DNA from: Trichosphaerium sp. ATCC 40318
Lineage: Eukaryota; Protista; Tubulinea
Direction of reading: 5' to 3'
NCBI GenBank assembly: GCA_038496445.1
Contig: JALMLS010000086.1
Span: 1-64,000 of the forward strand
Length of the DNA: 64,000 nt
Part shown: positions 1 through 12,991 of the stretch, piece after piece
How the letters are laid out: each line of letters starts with the position of its first letter
Position numbering within the stretch: the first letter of the stretch is position 1
The notes under the pieces: model-generated
What the model was told of the DNA's origin: nothing
The model's database searches: none
The model's input: only the letters and a program-made list of their open reading frames with translations
Program-made: the position numbers and the translations under genes

Positions 1-762
1 ACCCAAGTCGAAGCTGAACCTTCTCAAAAACAAACGAGAATCATTCACAAACTTTCTGTTAGACGCTTTTTCAGAGCTTCCACAAAATTATGTCAACTTT
101 CATTTAACACTGGGAAAAGATCATAAAATTTTTACTTTTCGGGGCAGCTAGCTCTTTTTGGACAACCAAAATCGCCTCTAACAAACTCATAATTTATGTT
201 GTCCAGTGAAAAATGAAAGTCGATGCATCGTTATCGTTATCAGCTTCAAAAGAAAAATAAATAGATAATACATTTTTGAGCACGTGATTTCGAATTTGCG
301 TTAAACTTTACCTTCAAGTTCTATTGATCCAAACGTAGCTTTAAAATCCCAACTAAGTGAATTATAAGGCAATGACGCGTTTAGGGTCGGTACACCACGA
401 AAAACAGCTAAACCAAGTGTTGTCACTTCCACTTCTTGACTGTAGTCCGTGTACGCGCCAGCTACAACACAAAAACAGTAAGTCAACGCGAACAGAGGAA
501 AAAAGCAATGTTGTGCTTTAACATACCTTCAACGCAAACAACAAACGTGTTATCTATCCCATCTACTGTCGATACAGCTTTTTTAATGGTGTAGAAGGGA
601 GATATTTCTGTGCCATTTCCTGTACCGTCAGATCCTCGATTACTAACGTATGTATCACATGGCTGCGCATTGGAGAAGCATAAACAAAACACTACAAAGA
701 TTAGTGGAGATAATGGAAACCCAGTCCTATAACGTACGTAAACCAATTACAACCTTAAGCAT
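1..762 (-). CDS. Secreted/surface protein with DUF1565/pectin-lyase-like N-terminal motif (5' part; runs off window start); paralogue of 12992-15544
   Basis: ATG at 762 (MLKVVIGL, GTACGT donor), signal-peptide-like start, YVSNRGSDGTGNGTEISPFYTIKKAV motif; same exon layout as the 15544 gene. Confidence 0.75.
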
Positions 763-1362
763 AATGATAAAGAGGAGCGACTGTTAATGTAGGCGAAAGG
801 TAAAATACCGTTTTGAACACGTGAATTTAATGGCACAAAGTCATTGTTCCCAAAAGCCTGAGAAAGGTAAAGCAACAACACTCAAGCGTAGCAAAAATAC
901 AGGAGCAAACGTTTCTTGAATATTCAAGCGCAAGTGATCTCGTGAACTCGAAAAGTAAAAATGATATCGACCGTACCTTTCTTTTCATTTACAACGCTTT
1001 AATCGCCTATTGTATAAAAGTACACGCCAATAAATAGTACTTCCAATACCCTTGCTAATTTGTGCTGAGAGAGCTGCGATTGTCAAAAACTGTGACGTCA
1101 CTGTACGTAACACCAAAATTATTTTTTTTTAAATACTAGCTATTAATCACGTGGGTCGTATGCTTTAGAAGCTTTGTACAATTATTTTCAATCCTATTAA
1201 ACGGTATATCACATATCTAAGAAAGGTACTTGGTGGAATAAACTACGTTTCATCTGATTTGGGAAAAGTTGTTTATTACTTTTTTGAGAAAAGTTGAAAA
1301 ACGGTTTGTTGTATTTCACGGATATCTATCACCCTAGTCCTGTAGTATTCTACTCTACAAGT

Positions 1363-2441
1363 TTAAGCATCTGTAAACTTGTTCTCTTTGATGATTCTTG
1401 TTTTCTTTGGATCAGGAACAATACCAATAGGATTCTTTGTTGAGTGAGATTCATACCACATGCCGAGCTTATTAGAAACAAGGCGAAAGAATATTCTTCT
1501 TCCTGATTCTTTCATTGGTAACGCTTCATGCGGTGTTCTATCTGTTAACCAATACATAGACCTACCTTTCAGTAACGACATTCTCTCTCTTGGCAAGGCA
1601 TTCTTCAAGTGCTCCAAATCACCCAAAGATCCAATAACTGATGTTCCATCTTTTTTATCCTCAATGCTTACGTCCCAGATAGCGCACGTGTCATCCAAAT
1701 TTGTAGCAATAAACATACCATCTTTTAAACCATATCCGCCACCCCAAGCTTCATCATAATATCCATGTGAGGTTCCTAGTTTACCCGGAAACTCAATATG
1801 AACACCTGGTCTTCGTTGTGTTTTACCTTTCTCAACAAAAGACTCTTGTATTGTTAAGAAGCATATTGTACCTTCTTGCTGCTTGTCTACAGTAAGTGCG
1901 ATATCTAGCAAGTATATGTAAGGCCACAGATCTTCAGGGAGTTGATCCTTGAAGAGTTTTTTGTCCATCTTTAGAGGCATCATATTGATATCAATATCTT
2001 TTCCTGAAGGTGAAGGAAACTTGCTTGAAATGACTTTTGCGAATTGAGTTGGTTCGTGATCCCAGGATTCACAGTTTAGCTTGTCGATGATGGCGAAGTA
2101 TGCCTCAAAGTAACCGTAACCCCATGTACCTCTTGGTGGGAGTTTAATGAACGGGTTGTAGTGTTCTTTGTTGTATTCAAGTACAAATTCCCAAATACGC
2201 TTTATGACAATATAGCCAACGCCTGGACTCATGTTTAGCTGAAATAAACTTGTTTTGAGTCGTTTTTTTAACAGGCGCTTAAAACCGCTTTATATTGCTA
2301 CTTGCGCGTAGAAATTGTACCTTTTAGTACTGATAGGGCATTACCATCGTCATAAACGCCCATTAGAAAGATACGTGCCATAGGGTCCAAGCGAACAATT
2401 GGAGGTGCGTCATAGCCGCGAGAAGGTGCTACGTGCAGCAT
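1363..2441 (-). CDS. Putative 2OG-Fe(II) dioxygenase-fold protein, copy 1 (two exons)
   Basis: RRPGVHIE...TPHEALP...RIFFRLV gives an HxE...H...R pattern; exon 1 ends AAAAG|GTAC, exon 2 starts CAG|GCGTTGG, so the ORF-track Met at 2232 is intronic; start codon uncertain. Confidence 0.7.
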
Positions 2442-3041
2442 TGTCTAGGTTTACTATTCAGCTTGACTTATTAGTGGCTTCGTTGAATGTTGGTGGCAGC
2501 AACTTCTCCTTTTTTTGCTTTGGTGAATGTACCTCCTTCAAAAAATGTACTCTGAAGACAGGCTCAAAAATCTGGTCTGCAGCTTTAAAAAAACAAGCGA
2601 GAACAGGAAAGCGTAATAACTTACTATGAGTGGAATGTGTTTATTGCACCACATTTTTTTTGCCATGAATTCATCGGGAAATGGCCACTCTTGTGATTTC
2701 AATGGATTTTTTAGGCATATCCCATTCAACTTAGGCAAGCGCTTACACGTGATAATAGCTGCCTATACCTTACCTGAAAACAACTGTGTACTGATTTTTT
2801 GTTAGTATCACAACCCCAGTGTGGACAGATTCTGGTTCTTGTAGCATATCTCACAATTATTCCTCGGCTAGTAGATGCGAGAGACAATACTTTGTTGTGG
2901 TTAAAAGTACCTTGAAGTACACGCCTTTTATATATTGAAAAGAGGTGCTGAAGAAAAAATGTTCCTAAGCAGTTTAAACCAACAGTGAGTTGTCAAACAG
3001 TAAACGAACCAAATATTATACTAAGTGCACTATGATCCACT

Positions 3042-4958
3042 ATGGCTACCTACTCTTTTTATGTATTCATATCCCTTAGTGTACGTAATGAATACAACGC
3101 ATCACAGCACTATTCTATGGTTTCTTTTTGTATTGTTTTCATTTCAAGGTACCTAGTGATGTTTCCGTTTTGAGTCTTCGAGCAGTTACACTTGTACCTT
3201 CCTACTTTACGTTTAAACCATTACTAGCATTTGCTTTGGAGATGAATACATGGGGTGACTTACGTCCCTTGGGTATGGAACAAGTACTGGAGAATACTGA
3301 AGAAAGAATTCGTGACCCTGTCGTTGCTGTTGGTAAAATACCCGGCAAGGGAGATGTTGTGTGTTTAGCTGTGCGCACCGCTAGTACTACTGTGGAGGGA
3401 TATGTGAACATAACTGGATTTGCTATTATGATGGGTACAATCGAAGGCAAGTCACGTGTTTTTTTCACATCCACGCTGGCAATTAATATGGTCGTAGAAA
3501 TTTCCGACGGAGCTGCCAGTGTTCGTAAAGTAGTGTCAGTAGAAGTGGATTACTTACAGATTGTATATGGAAACAATGAATTTGCTGTGTTAACTCTGGA
3601 TACAGTTAGTCCTTCAACATTCGCCATGAACCTACGATTTGTTGGGTACAATGAAGGTGTACGTACTTTATCTCAATTTAATTGAGCTAACCCTCATCTG
3701 TGTAGCTTACAATTTCAGAACCTCTTGAACTACATACTAGTAGCGCCAAATTTAGGGCGGATTATGGTTTCACCTTTGCTAGCTGTATGTTTCTATAGCA
3801 AAGCAACATGTATTGATAATAACCTGATACTTTAGCTACAAAAACGTACATGATTATCAAAGGAGGTTTTATTCCTATCTTCGTGAACGAAGACAAACAA
3901 GTCCGAATGAGCGACAAAAACTGTACGTTTATAACAACACTTTCTTATTTACTACCCTTTTTAGTTAATAACCAAGGAGCTGAAAGACTTACTACCGCTG
4001 TTGCCATGGATGACTGCTTCCTTTTCTTATATGTTAGAAGTCATTCAATCTTTTCAGGGTCTACCACTTATCCCTACGCCGACGTAAGGATATAAGCAAA
4101 CATGTAAAATACTTGTAGTATTTCTAACTTATCAACTAGGTACTTCTTCCTGGTTACATAAGCAGCTCTACATATTTTTATAACAATGTAGCATATGACC
4201 CAGTATCCAAACATGCTGCTGTGTTTGTATACTTCCTCAGTGATAAAAGCCTGAAGCTTAAGCTGCTTTCATTGAATTGTACACACGAAAACTCACTACA
4301 AGTTAACGAAACTCTCTTGTCAAAAGAACGTGACATTGACATAAATCCAAGAAAAGTGGTCATAGCTGCTTCTTCACATGATGACAAAGCGTTTATTGCG
4401 TCTGTGATAGAAACGAAAGGACGTAGAAAGACAGTTCTCTATTCCATATCAGGTGAAAACCATGTAATTTCAAATGTATTACCAAGAGAACCGTATCATC
4501 CTATAACTCAAGATGTAGCTTGGATATCCCATGTCGGAACACGATGTGGTGTCGGTATTGTACGCACTATAGACTAATAAGTGTTTTATTAACCGCCATT
4601 TAAGGTTGTGGCACAAATCCAAAAGACAGTGTATTTTTTTTTCGCTGATGATCAATATTTATGTCCTCCTCCACCTACTCCTCGTCCGCCTCCCCCAACG
4701 TATTCTCCATCTTTACAACCTCCTACAAACCCATTATCACCAATGTCAACCCAAACCCGGTCTCCATCAGTACAACCAAGTGTCAACTCGCCAAATGATT
4801 CAAACGTTCCAGGTGAAGAACCTCCAACAAACATCCCTGATCTACCTCCAATGACGTCTAGTGCACTTTCGGTGAAAATCAACACAAGGTTGTTTGTTCT
4901 TTCAGAGTGTTTGATAATATGTCTTTTACTGAGTGTAATGCATTCAAACAACCAATAA
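3042..4958 (+). CDS. Multi-exon cell-surface protein with Pro/Ser/Thr-rich stalk and hydrophobic C-terminus (GPI/TM anchor-like), family A copy 1
   Basis: Chain of short-intron exons; CPPPPTPRPPPP...stalk then LFVLSECLIICLLLSV; NTWGDLR and DPVVAVG blocks match the 5596 gene; start approximate. Confidence 0.7.
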
Positions 4959-5595
4959 ACGCTGCAATCATGATTCCCAAAATGTAATTTGGATTTTGAA
5001 GATCTAAAAGGTTGGTTGCACTTATATTATTTACAAGGTTGTTTATTTGTGAACAATTGCTAATACATACTAAGCTTTTTCACCAAAATTTGAACGTGAT
5101 GTGCCATCGTTTCAATCAATTTGATCTTCCACACTTTTCTGTTTATTCATTAGAGGGCAGGTTTGTTTGTTTAAACAAGTACCATACAACGTATAGCAGG
5201 CCATCCAACTAGTTCCCATGGTTTGAGTGTCGAAAAAAACAACATTGCTTTCGTTGTATCATAGTAATAAAAACTGCATTGAAGTATCTTTTTACTCCGG
5301 CCAACCTTGACAGAGAGTGCAGTTTTGCTTTCACGTCAAGTTTTCAGAAAGTTTGAACTGGAAATCCTCATGCGTAATTAAGAGTGATAAAACGAGATTC
5401 CACAATGCCTTGGCTAACATTAAAGTTGGATTTTCGCAAGTGACTCAAAGAAGTGCTGGGTTTTGGTTTTTAGTTTTTGCCACTATCCGCCACAGTCGTA
5501 AAAAAATTCATGAGAAACAGCAAATGTTCATTGAATTCAAAATCCTAATTTACTTTCTCCTTCATTACGTGGCAACTTCTCAATTAAATACGAAA

Positions 5596-7490
5596 ATGAG
5601 TATCACCCAATTTTATACGCTATGTTTAGTCGCCATACTGTTCATGTCTGCAAGTACGCCTTCAATTTTTCGGAGTCTTTTTTTTTTATGTGGATATTTA
5701 CAGTGGATTTTCTAGGCGCTACGACTTTCAACACTTGGACTGATATGCGCTCAGCAGGCCTTGATTCTTTTCTATACACTTCGCCGAGGATGAAGGTTTA
5801 GAAAATCCTGTAGTCGCTACAGGTGTTATTGAAGGACATGGACAAGTTGTTTGCTCATTATCGACCATAATGGAAACTCCTGATACTAGCAAGCGGAAGA
5901 CAGCTCCTCGAAGGTCTGCAGGATTATTGATAACAGTAGGTTCAATACAAGGTAACAGTACAAAATAAGTTCGGCTTGGATTAAAACTTACTAAATATAG
6001 ATATCCAGACCAACAGTAGCACCACTATTAGGCTTGATAAAGAAAGAGAACCAAGAGCTGTTAGTGTTATATATGGCAACAATGAGTTAGCTATATTGTA
6101 TTGCGCTTCTGTATTCCCAAAAAGAAGAGTTCCGGCCAACATCCCATGTGCAGTTCGTTTTGTAACATCAAACAATGGAGTACGCAAAAAATCAACACAG
6201 AAGACTCGACACTGGCTAACTATTTATTTTTTGTAGACGTTTGAAGTTTCCTCAGCTCAAGAAATTATAACAGGAAGCCCGTCTAATAGCGAGTATGGAT
6301 TCACTTATGACTCAAGTACGGCAAAGTTCTAACTAACAAAAGAAAAACCAGAATTTTCTTCTTTTTTTTTCTTACTTTCTTCTTTGTAGAGACCAATAGC
6401 TACATGATTGTACAACAAGTTGATGGATTAATTCCAGTTTTTATCGACCAAGTTAGCCGAAATGAAACTATGTCACCTAAATATGGAGCAAACTGTAAGT
6501 GGCTTTTTAAGCGTTGTACTAAACGAAGCTCACTTTTTTTGTAGTCACACAAAACTCAGTACAATTTGGTGCCTCTGCAGTTGTTGATGGGTGCTATATC
6601 AGTACGTTTAAAAATACTGGAGTAAATGGAATCTTTGTAACAGCACTTAACCAAGTTGGGAATGAGGTACGCTCTTGACTAGACAAAATCAATCAACGAC
6701 TGAAGCTGACCATTTTTACAGGTTGTCTATCAACAACTTCTTGTTAATGATACTCACGTTACCGCGTATGGAAGTCTAGCTTATGATCCAATATCTAAGC
6801 AGTTTGCTCTTCTCTATGGTAATGGCACAAACGATGCTGTGACTATTCGTATTCAACAGTTCTCACTTGACTGTAATGCAACCAACCCAAGTGTCACAAT
6901 TCTATCAAATGTAGCGCTTACAAATGATACCGAGTTTACTAATGACGAATCACGTGCTTTCACAATCATAAATACAACTGCGTATGAGTCATCGTTTTTA
7001 GCAGTCTACACTGTTGATCCATTCAACCCGAAACTATTCATGGCATCAATTGACAGCAGCAACAACATTGTGAAGAAAGAGCTACCTACAACATTAAACA
7101 ACAGTCCATCAAACCCTGATATACGTGGTTGGATGATCAATCTTCTAACTGTGGAGCAGCATTGGTAAGCGCTTTTGGCCCATAGTTTTTTTGCAATCTA
7201 CTAACTGTTTATCAAAGGTTGTTGTTCAAACTACAATACAGAACAACGAAGTGAATACAACAACAGAAATAATGGTTACAGACGATTCACTTGAAGTCTT
7301 TTCATGCCCACCGCCGCCAACTACAACCCCTCCATCTACGTCCTCACCAACAACCGAACCTCCCACAATGGAGCCGCCTGTGTCTACTTCACCAACTCAA
7401 GCAAATTCTCCGTCCTCAGATACAAGTGAAGCATCTATTCCAAAGGTTTTCGCAATGTGTTGTATTACAGCAATCGCACTTCTTGTTTGA
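5596..7490 (+). CDS. Cell-surface protein family A copy 2, with an apparent frameshift in exon 2 (pseudogene or sequence error)
   Basis: Signal peptide MSITQFYTLCLVAILFMSA; the frame encoding FNTWTDMRSAGL hits TAG near 5800 while ENPVVATGVIEG continues in another frame; CPPPPTTTPP stalk and hydrophobic end. Confidence 0.65.
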
Positions 7491-7956
7491 ACCCTTCATT
7501 GAAAGCCTATCAAAAATAAACTACACATTGTTTCACGCTTTGTCGTCATTCTGTGTGCCGATCTTTTTAGTATAATAGAGTGCTTTTACCCGTGTTCTTT
7601 CAACTTTCTATTCAAACACGCGCATCACAGTTCCAAATTTGAGGCTTTGTGTTTAGCGCTTGGGCTTCCATAGCTTGTCTATTAGTGCTTTATTTAAATA
7701 ATGACACGTCCTGGCTTCTGACTTACGTTTGTCAGTCTGCTGAAACATAACTACTACTGATGAGTGTAGTAGAAACCATCCCGGGCTTGTTGTATTGATC
7801 ACGTGTTCGAACGAGTTGGAAAAAAATGCTCGAAAAAATTCAATACTTTTTTTTCTAAACTCACAATGGAGAATAATTGCGGCGGGTTTTTTTAATTGTT
7901 TGTGTTTATTGTGCGTGTCTTAGTAGCGTAATATCGTACTGTTCAATGTTGAGCGT

Positions 7957-8852
7957 TTAATTATCAGTCTTTGGTCTGCTTTCTCTCCATGCCTTGAAAA
8001 TTTCGTCCGTTGCAGTTCTAGGAACAAAGGTAAGAATCAAAGAAGAATAAAACGTTAGAGTAATAAAAAGTACCTTAATTTTTGCAAGTTTGGAAGTGTC
8101 TTGGTAACAGAACCATCAACATCAAAGTCGTCAGTACCACGTGCAAGTACGATATCGGCAAGTGATAGTTTATCACCAAGCAAAAAGGTACCCTTGGGAG
8201 ACGTTAACTTTATACAAAGGCACAAAGAACAAGCTGAACGTACTTCATTCTTTGCATAGAATGTCTCGATGATTTTGAGTTTTGCTGGTACACTCTCTTC
8301 AGATAGTTTCTTGTACTTGGCAGGACGTTCGGCTTCAGGCGTTAGAAAACGGATGACGGAAGCCTCTTGGTACAAGTCTCCGCACAGTTCATCTATGAGT
8401 GTTTAGTTCATCAGAATATGCGTTTTGATTTGAGATACTTACAAACCATATCGATGAGGAGCTCGTCTTCGGCGCAAGACCCGTAAAAACCAAACTTGTT
8501 AGCGAGGTAGCGTACAATTGCTGCTGATTGAGCGTATTTGGCGGCTGTAAAGAGGATTAACGGCGAAACAACAAAATGGGGAAAAATACGGAAAAAAAAA
8601 CTGTTAACGAACTTTTTCCGTCAGTGGTGATTTCCAACATTGGTACTTGTCCAAATGGTGTTTTTGGCTTTATAGCAGGCCATTCGGCGAATGTAAAGCG
8701 GTTATCTTCAAACTCTAAACATACACGTGAGAAAAGATAACGTGTTTTTCCTTATTTAAAGCGTATCTACCTTGTTTGGCTGCAGCAAAAAGATAACGGA
8801 TTATTTCACCTCTGCCGCGTGCGTTAAAGTAAGTGAGCTTGTATGTTGTCAT
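7957..8852 (-). CDS. Glutathione S-transferase (sigma-like)
   Basis: Spliced translation [22 protein letters not shown]...[11 protein letters not shown]...[15 protein letters not shown]...[12 protein letters not shown]...[10 protein letters not shown]. Confidence 0.93.
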
Positions 8853-9300
8853 TGTTGTGTTAACTGTGAGAATATGGAACTAAAAACTCAACGTGTCATG
8901 AATCACGTGACTTAAATAAAAAGGTGGAAAAACAGGTGGAAAGAACGGGCTAAATAATACCCCAACTAAGCCACTTAAAACCCCCGTAGCTTCGTAGTGT
9001 TCGTAGCAAACTTCACGATCTTTTAGCTGAATACAAGGTATTTACCCGCCATATCTATACCAAAACCGTCATGTGTACTGTACAAACGTTTGCAGTCCTT
9101 AAGAACGATGTAATGGTACGCCCCGAAATCCCATACACAGATATTTGTAACCGCCCATTACTCCGCACCGCAGCCAAATTAGGTCAAACTTTTAGCCGCT
9201 GGAAAACCATTGTATACTTGTGGTAAGACATTTAAGTTTATTTTTGTTCACTTGTAGTATTTATCTAAGATACTTTTTTTGATAACTTGACTCCTTCTTT

Positions 9301-9671
9301 GTATCAAAGAAGGAGTGTACGAGGGTTGGTATAACGGCCAGTTATATGAAAAAGGTAACTACTCAAACAATAAACTACATGGTGAATACAAGGAGTGGTA
9401 TGCCAATGGTCAAATACAGAAGCAATATCACTATGTAAATAGTAAGAAAGAAGGAGAGGGCAAGAGTTGGCATGCTAACGGCCAGTTACGTAAACAACAG
9501 AACTACTCAAACAACAAAAAGCATGGCGAATGCAAATACTGGCATGACAACGGCCAAATAGCTGTGTGGTGTAACTACAATTCAGGCAAACTAGAAGGAG
9601 ACTATAAATATTGGTGTGAAATAGGCATTCTGAGTCATCAACGTCATTATGTTAATGGGAGGGTAAAGTAG
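9301..9671 (+). pseudogene. 5'-truncated mosaic MORN-variant repeat gene fragment
   Basis: KEGVYEGWYNGQL...HGEYKEWY repeats without the F-box exon; begins at a fold-back junction; 3' flank to ~9930 is an inverted paralogue of ~46390-46640. Confidence 0.8.
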
Positions 9672-10842
9672 TCAAAAGTTGTTGTAGCCAACAATAGAAA
9701 AGAGCAAGTCAAACAGCTAGTTAACACTGACCATAATATATTTATACACAAATCATCTTAATACTATATTAATGAACCAAAACACGTTTGAGTGGACATA
9801 GCTTATTGTAGTAAATAATTTTATTTCTTTTTTCAAAATGTGTTTTGATAAAAATGACAGCTTGCAAAAGATTAGGTACTTTAAAAAGATAAATTAATCA
9901 CCAATCTATGTAGGCTATGTTCACATGCTACTTAGAGTATTAATGTGGTTGATAAAATATGTGTTTATGGTTGGGGAAGACCCTGTAGCCAAATGGTAAA
10001 ATCACACAACTGCTCAATTTTCAGCATTGGTCCAAAGCCCACCTGACGCCACTCTCTAAACTTGTCTGGTATGGACATTGAGGACATGACGATGTTTTAC
10101 AGGCTGCTGTCAAACCAGACGGGCACCTCATCAAACCTACAGGACGGGAATCCAACAACCCAACACCCAACACCCATCAACCCTTTTGAAAAACAACCAC
10201 TGTAATTACAGCGGGTGTGGTTCACCTGCTTGTACCAATCATTTAACAGCAAAGGGATTGTAACCACTAGTAATTGCTGTGCTACATGCCTAGGCATGTG
10301 TGGAATGTACTATCGTGTCAATAAACTGACTCAAAAAAAAAAAGTGTTTATGGTTCAAAATGCATAACAACATCATTATCAGCGTTGAGTACAATTTTCT
10401 GTTCTCAGAGCGATCACATGTTAAACGTTGTAAATGTATAGTAATCGTCAATGAAACGTATTGTAGATAAAGTTCACAGTGCACTACGACAGTGATAATA
10501 CGCTTTTGGCGTAGTGGTTTATAATATGCGACAGTAAGCTCATTCTGTGCCGTGGGGAAAAAAAAACAGTATTTATAGAATTCTATTTGTAGTAATTAAT
10601 TCACTTGCTAGACTAATGCGCTTATATTTCTATAAACTGAAGAAAACTGTCGCATCACCTTAGATGTCTATTCTCCGTTCCTTGAATGAGTTCATGAGAG
10701 ATTTCCTTTTTAGTCTTCCTGAGTCAACACAAATAAACTAACTAGATTCTCCTTTCTCTCTACGTTCACAACTACTCTATAGGGCACTAACCCCTATACG
10801 ACAAACCTAATACACAAAAGTATTTATAGCGATTCGTATAAA

Positions 10843-12180
10843 ATGGAACAGAAAGACACGCATAAGCACATATTAACCCTTACAGCGCTACCAATTGAAG
10901 TAGTAGTGCATATTGTGAAACAAGGGACTTATACGCTCCGTTCAGCCCAAACGTGCCACTTTTTGCGCGATATTGTTCATAACCACTTCGGATATGGCCG
11001 TATCGTTATTAAAAGAGAAAAGGAAGTTCAGGCGCTTTCTGGTAGTCCATTACTCAAGAATACGACCATTAAGTTGAGTTACGGATCAATACCGGATTCA
11101 GATCTTCAAGCATTGACAGGTGTATACGATATCGACTTATCTAATACCAAAGTGACAGATTCAGGTCTACAAGCGTTGGCAGGTGTACACACGATTGATT
11201 TGTCATGCACAAATGTAACAGAGGAAGGTTTGAAGGCATTGGCGGGTGTACATGATATTAGTTTGTCTGAAACCCAAGTAACATATGAAGGTATAAAGGC
11301 TTTGGCAGGTGTACACAAGATTGATTTATCATGCACAAACGTAACAGACAGAGATTTGCAACTGTTGGCGGGTGTACACACTGTTGATTTATCATACGCA
11401 ACAATAACAGATAAAGGTTTGCAGGCGTTGGCGGGTGTACATACTATTGTCTTGTATCATTGTGATGAAATAACAGATGAAGGTATTAAGGCTTTAGCAG
11501 GTGTACACAAGATTGATTTGTCACGTACATATGTAACCGGCAGTTGTTTGAGGGCATTGGCGGGTGTACACACTATCAAACTGTGGTGCTGTTACGGAGT
11601 ATCAGATTCAAGTATTGGGGCATTGGCAGGTGTACATGATATCAGCTTATCTAGTACCAGAGTAACAGACGCAGGTATACAAGGGTTGGCCGGCGTACAC
11701 AAGATTGATTTGGCATGCACAACTGTAACAGATAAAGGTTTGAATGTGTTGGCGGGTGTACACACTATCAGCTTGAATTGTTGTAGCATGATAACAGGTT
11801 CAGGTCTACAAGCGCTAGCAGGTGTACACACGATTGATTTGTCACACACGGATGTAACAGATGAAGGTTTGTATGAGTTGGCGGGTGTACATACTATCAA
11901 CTTGCTTGATTGTATAGAGATAACAGATGCAGGTCTACAAGCGCTAGCAGGTGTACACACGATTAATTTGTCATTTACAAATATAACAGATGAAGGCTTG
12001 AAGGCATTAGCGGGTGTATATAGCATCGACATATCTAATACTGGAGTAACAGATTCAGGTCTAAATGCGCTGGCAGGTGTGCACACTATTGTTTTATCTG
12101 AATCACTCGCATCAGATGACGAAGTTATCAAGGCATTGACTGGCGCAATTAATATACAGCGAATTAAGGACGCAGAATAG
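10843..12180 (+). CDS. Intronless F-box-like + short (21-22 aa) leucine-rich repeat protein, 16 repeats
   Basis: LTALPIEVVVHIV F-box-like motif; repeat LAGVHTIDLSxxxVTDxGLKA. Confidence 0.88.
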   Translation: MEQKDTHKHILTLTALPIEVVVHIVKQGTYTLRSAQTCHFLRDIVHNHFGYGRIVIKREKEVQALSGSPLLKNTTIKLSYGSIPDSDLQALTGVYDIDLSNTKVTDSGLQALAGVHTIDLSCTNVTEEGLKALAGVHDISLSETQVTYEGIKALAGVHKIDLSCTNVTDRDLQLLAGVHTVDLSYATITDKGLQALAGVHTIVLYHCDEITDEGIKALAGVHKIDLSRTYVTGSCLRALAGVHTIKLWCCYGVSDSSIGALAGVHDISLSSTRVTDAGIQGLAGVHKIDLACTTVTDKGLNVLAGVHTISLNCCSMITGSGLQALAGVHTIDLSHTDVTDEGLYELAGVHTINLLDCIEITDAGLQALAGVHTINLSFTNITDEGLKALAGVYSIDISNTGVTDSGLNALAGVHTIVLSESLASDDEVIKALTGAINIQRIKDAE

Positions 12181-12602
12181 ATTCATGTTCCATAGCTACT
12201 CTATTATTCCGTCTATAGCAACCACAGATTTGTACGACAGAACCTTTCCCATCATTGCTTTGAAATTCTCGATCAGAACCTGTCAAACAACAATTACAAA
12301 ATAAAACCACAAACTTTTTTCACTATTGCACTCTTTTATTCGATCACGGGTTAAGTAATTGAATGTATAGTACTACTGTGTACATGGATATTGACACCAT
12401 CTTGTAGTAATCGATTATTCATAACATTTACTTAAGTAAAATGTGGGGTACAAACACGTGGTCACTTCGTAAACGTTCCAAACAGTCAGCTGTCGTAAAA
12501 TCTCATAACCTTTATCTATTGACCTCTTGTGTGCACATCAGTATGTGCACTGTTGTTGCAGGTTTGAAAAGCCTAACCTTTTTTTACCGAACTCAATCTC
12601 AA

Positions 12603-12792
12603 GGGTTTGACCTGAAATAACGCTATTTTTTGCTACTCATTAGAACTGTGTTAAGCCATCAATGAAAACAACTTATTTGTTTTAAGTATGTGGGAACGTA
12701 CCTCAGTTCGCGTATTTCTAGCGTTGGCCAACCCTAAAATCCGCAAAATCCTCGGACGCTAAATCGGAATAGCGCTATTTCAGGTCAACTCC
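12603..12792. mobile_element. MITE-like element, 190 bp, ~25-bp imperfect TIRs, TCAA target-site duplication
   Basis: gggtttgacctgaaataacgctatt ... aatagcgctatttcaggtcaactcc, flanked by tcaa on both sides; interior recurs at 55099-55212. Confidence 0.7.
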
Positions 12793-12991
12793 TCAAACCA
12801 GATGGTGTTTCTGCTTTTTATACCGAACACATACCACAACACGTGTACAGATCACGATCAAAATTGGAAAAAACAGGCCCCGAAAAGTTGTTTTTTTAAA
12901 CAAAATCACTGGATAGAGCCTTTCACTCATTTCTTGATTATTTTCGTGTATCAACTTGATTAAAGATAATTTGCACAATTATTTATTGTAA

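Noticed and set aside
11106-12131. Repetitive antisense ORFs over the LRR gene (also over the 43.9-kb LRR and dioxygenase genes)
   Set aside because: Mirror frames of real coding sequence; no independent evidence.
10843-12180. CRISPR-like constant/variable periodicity
   Set aside because: 63/66-bp units are in-frame LRR codons; no cas genes; eukaryotic context.
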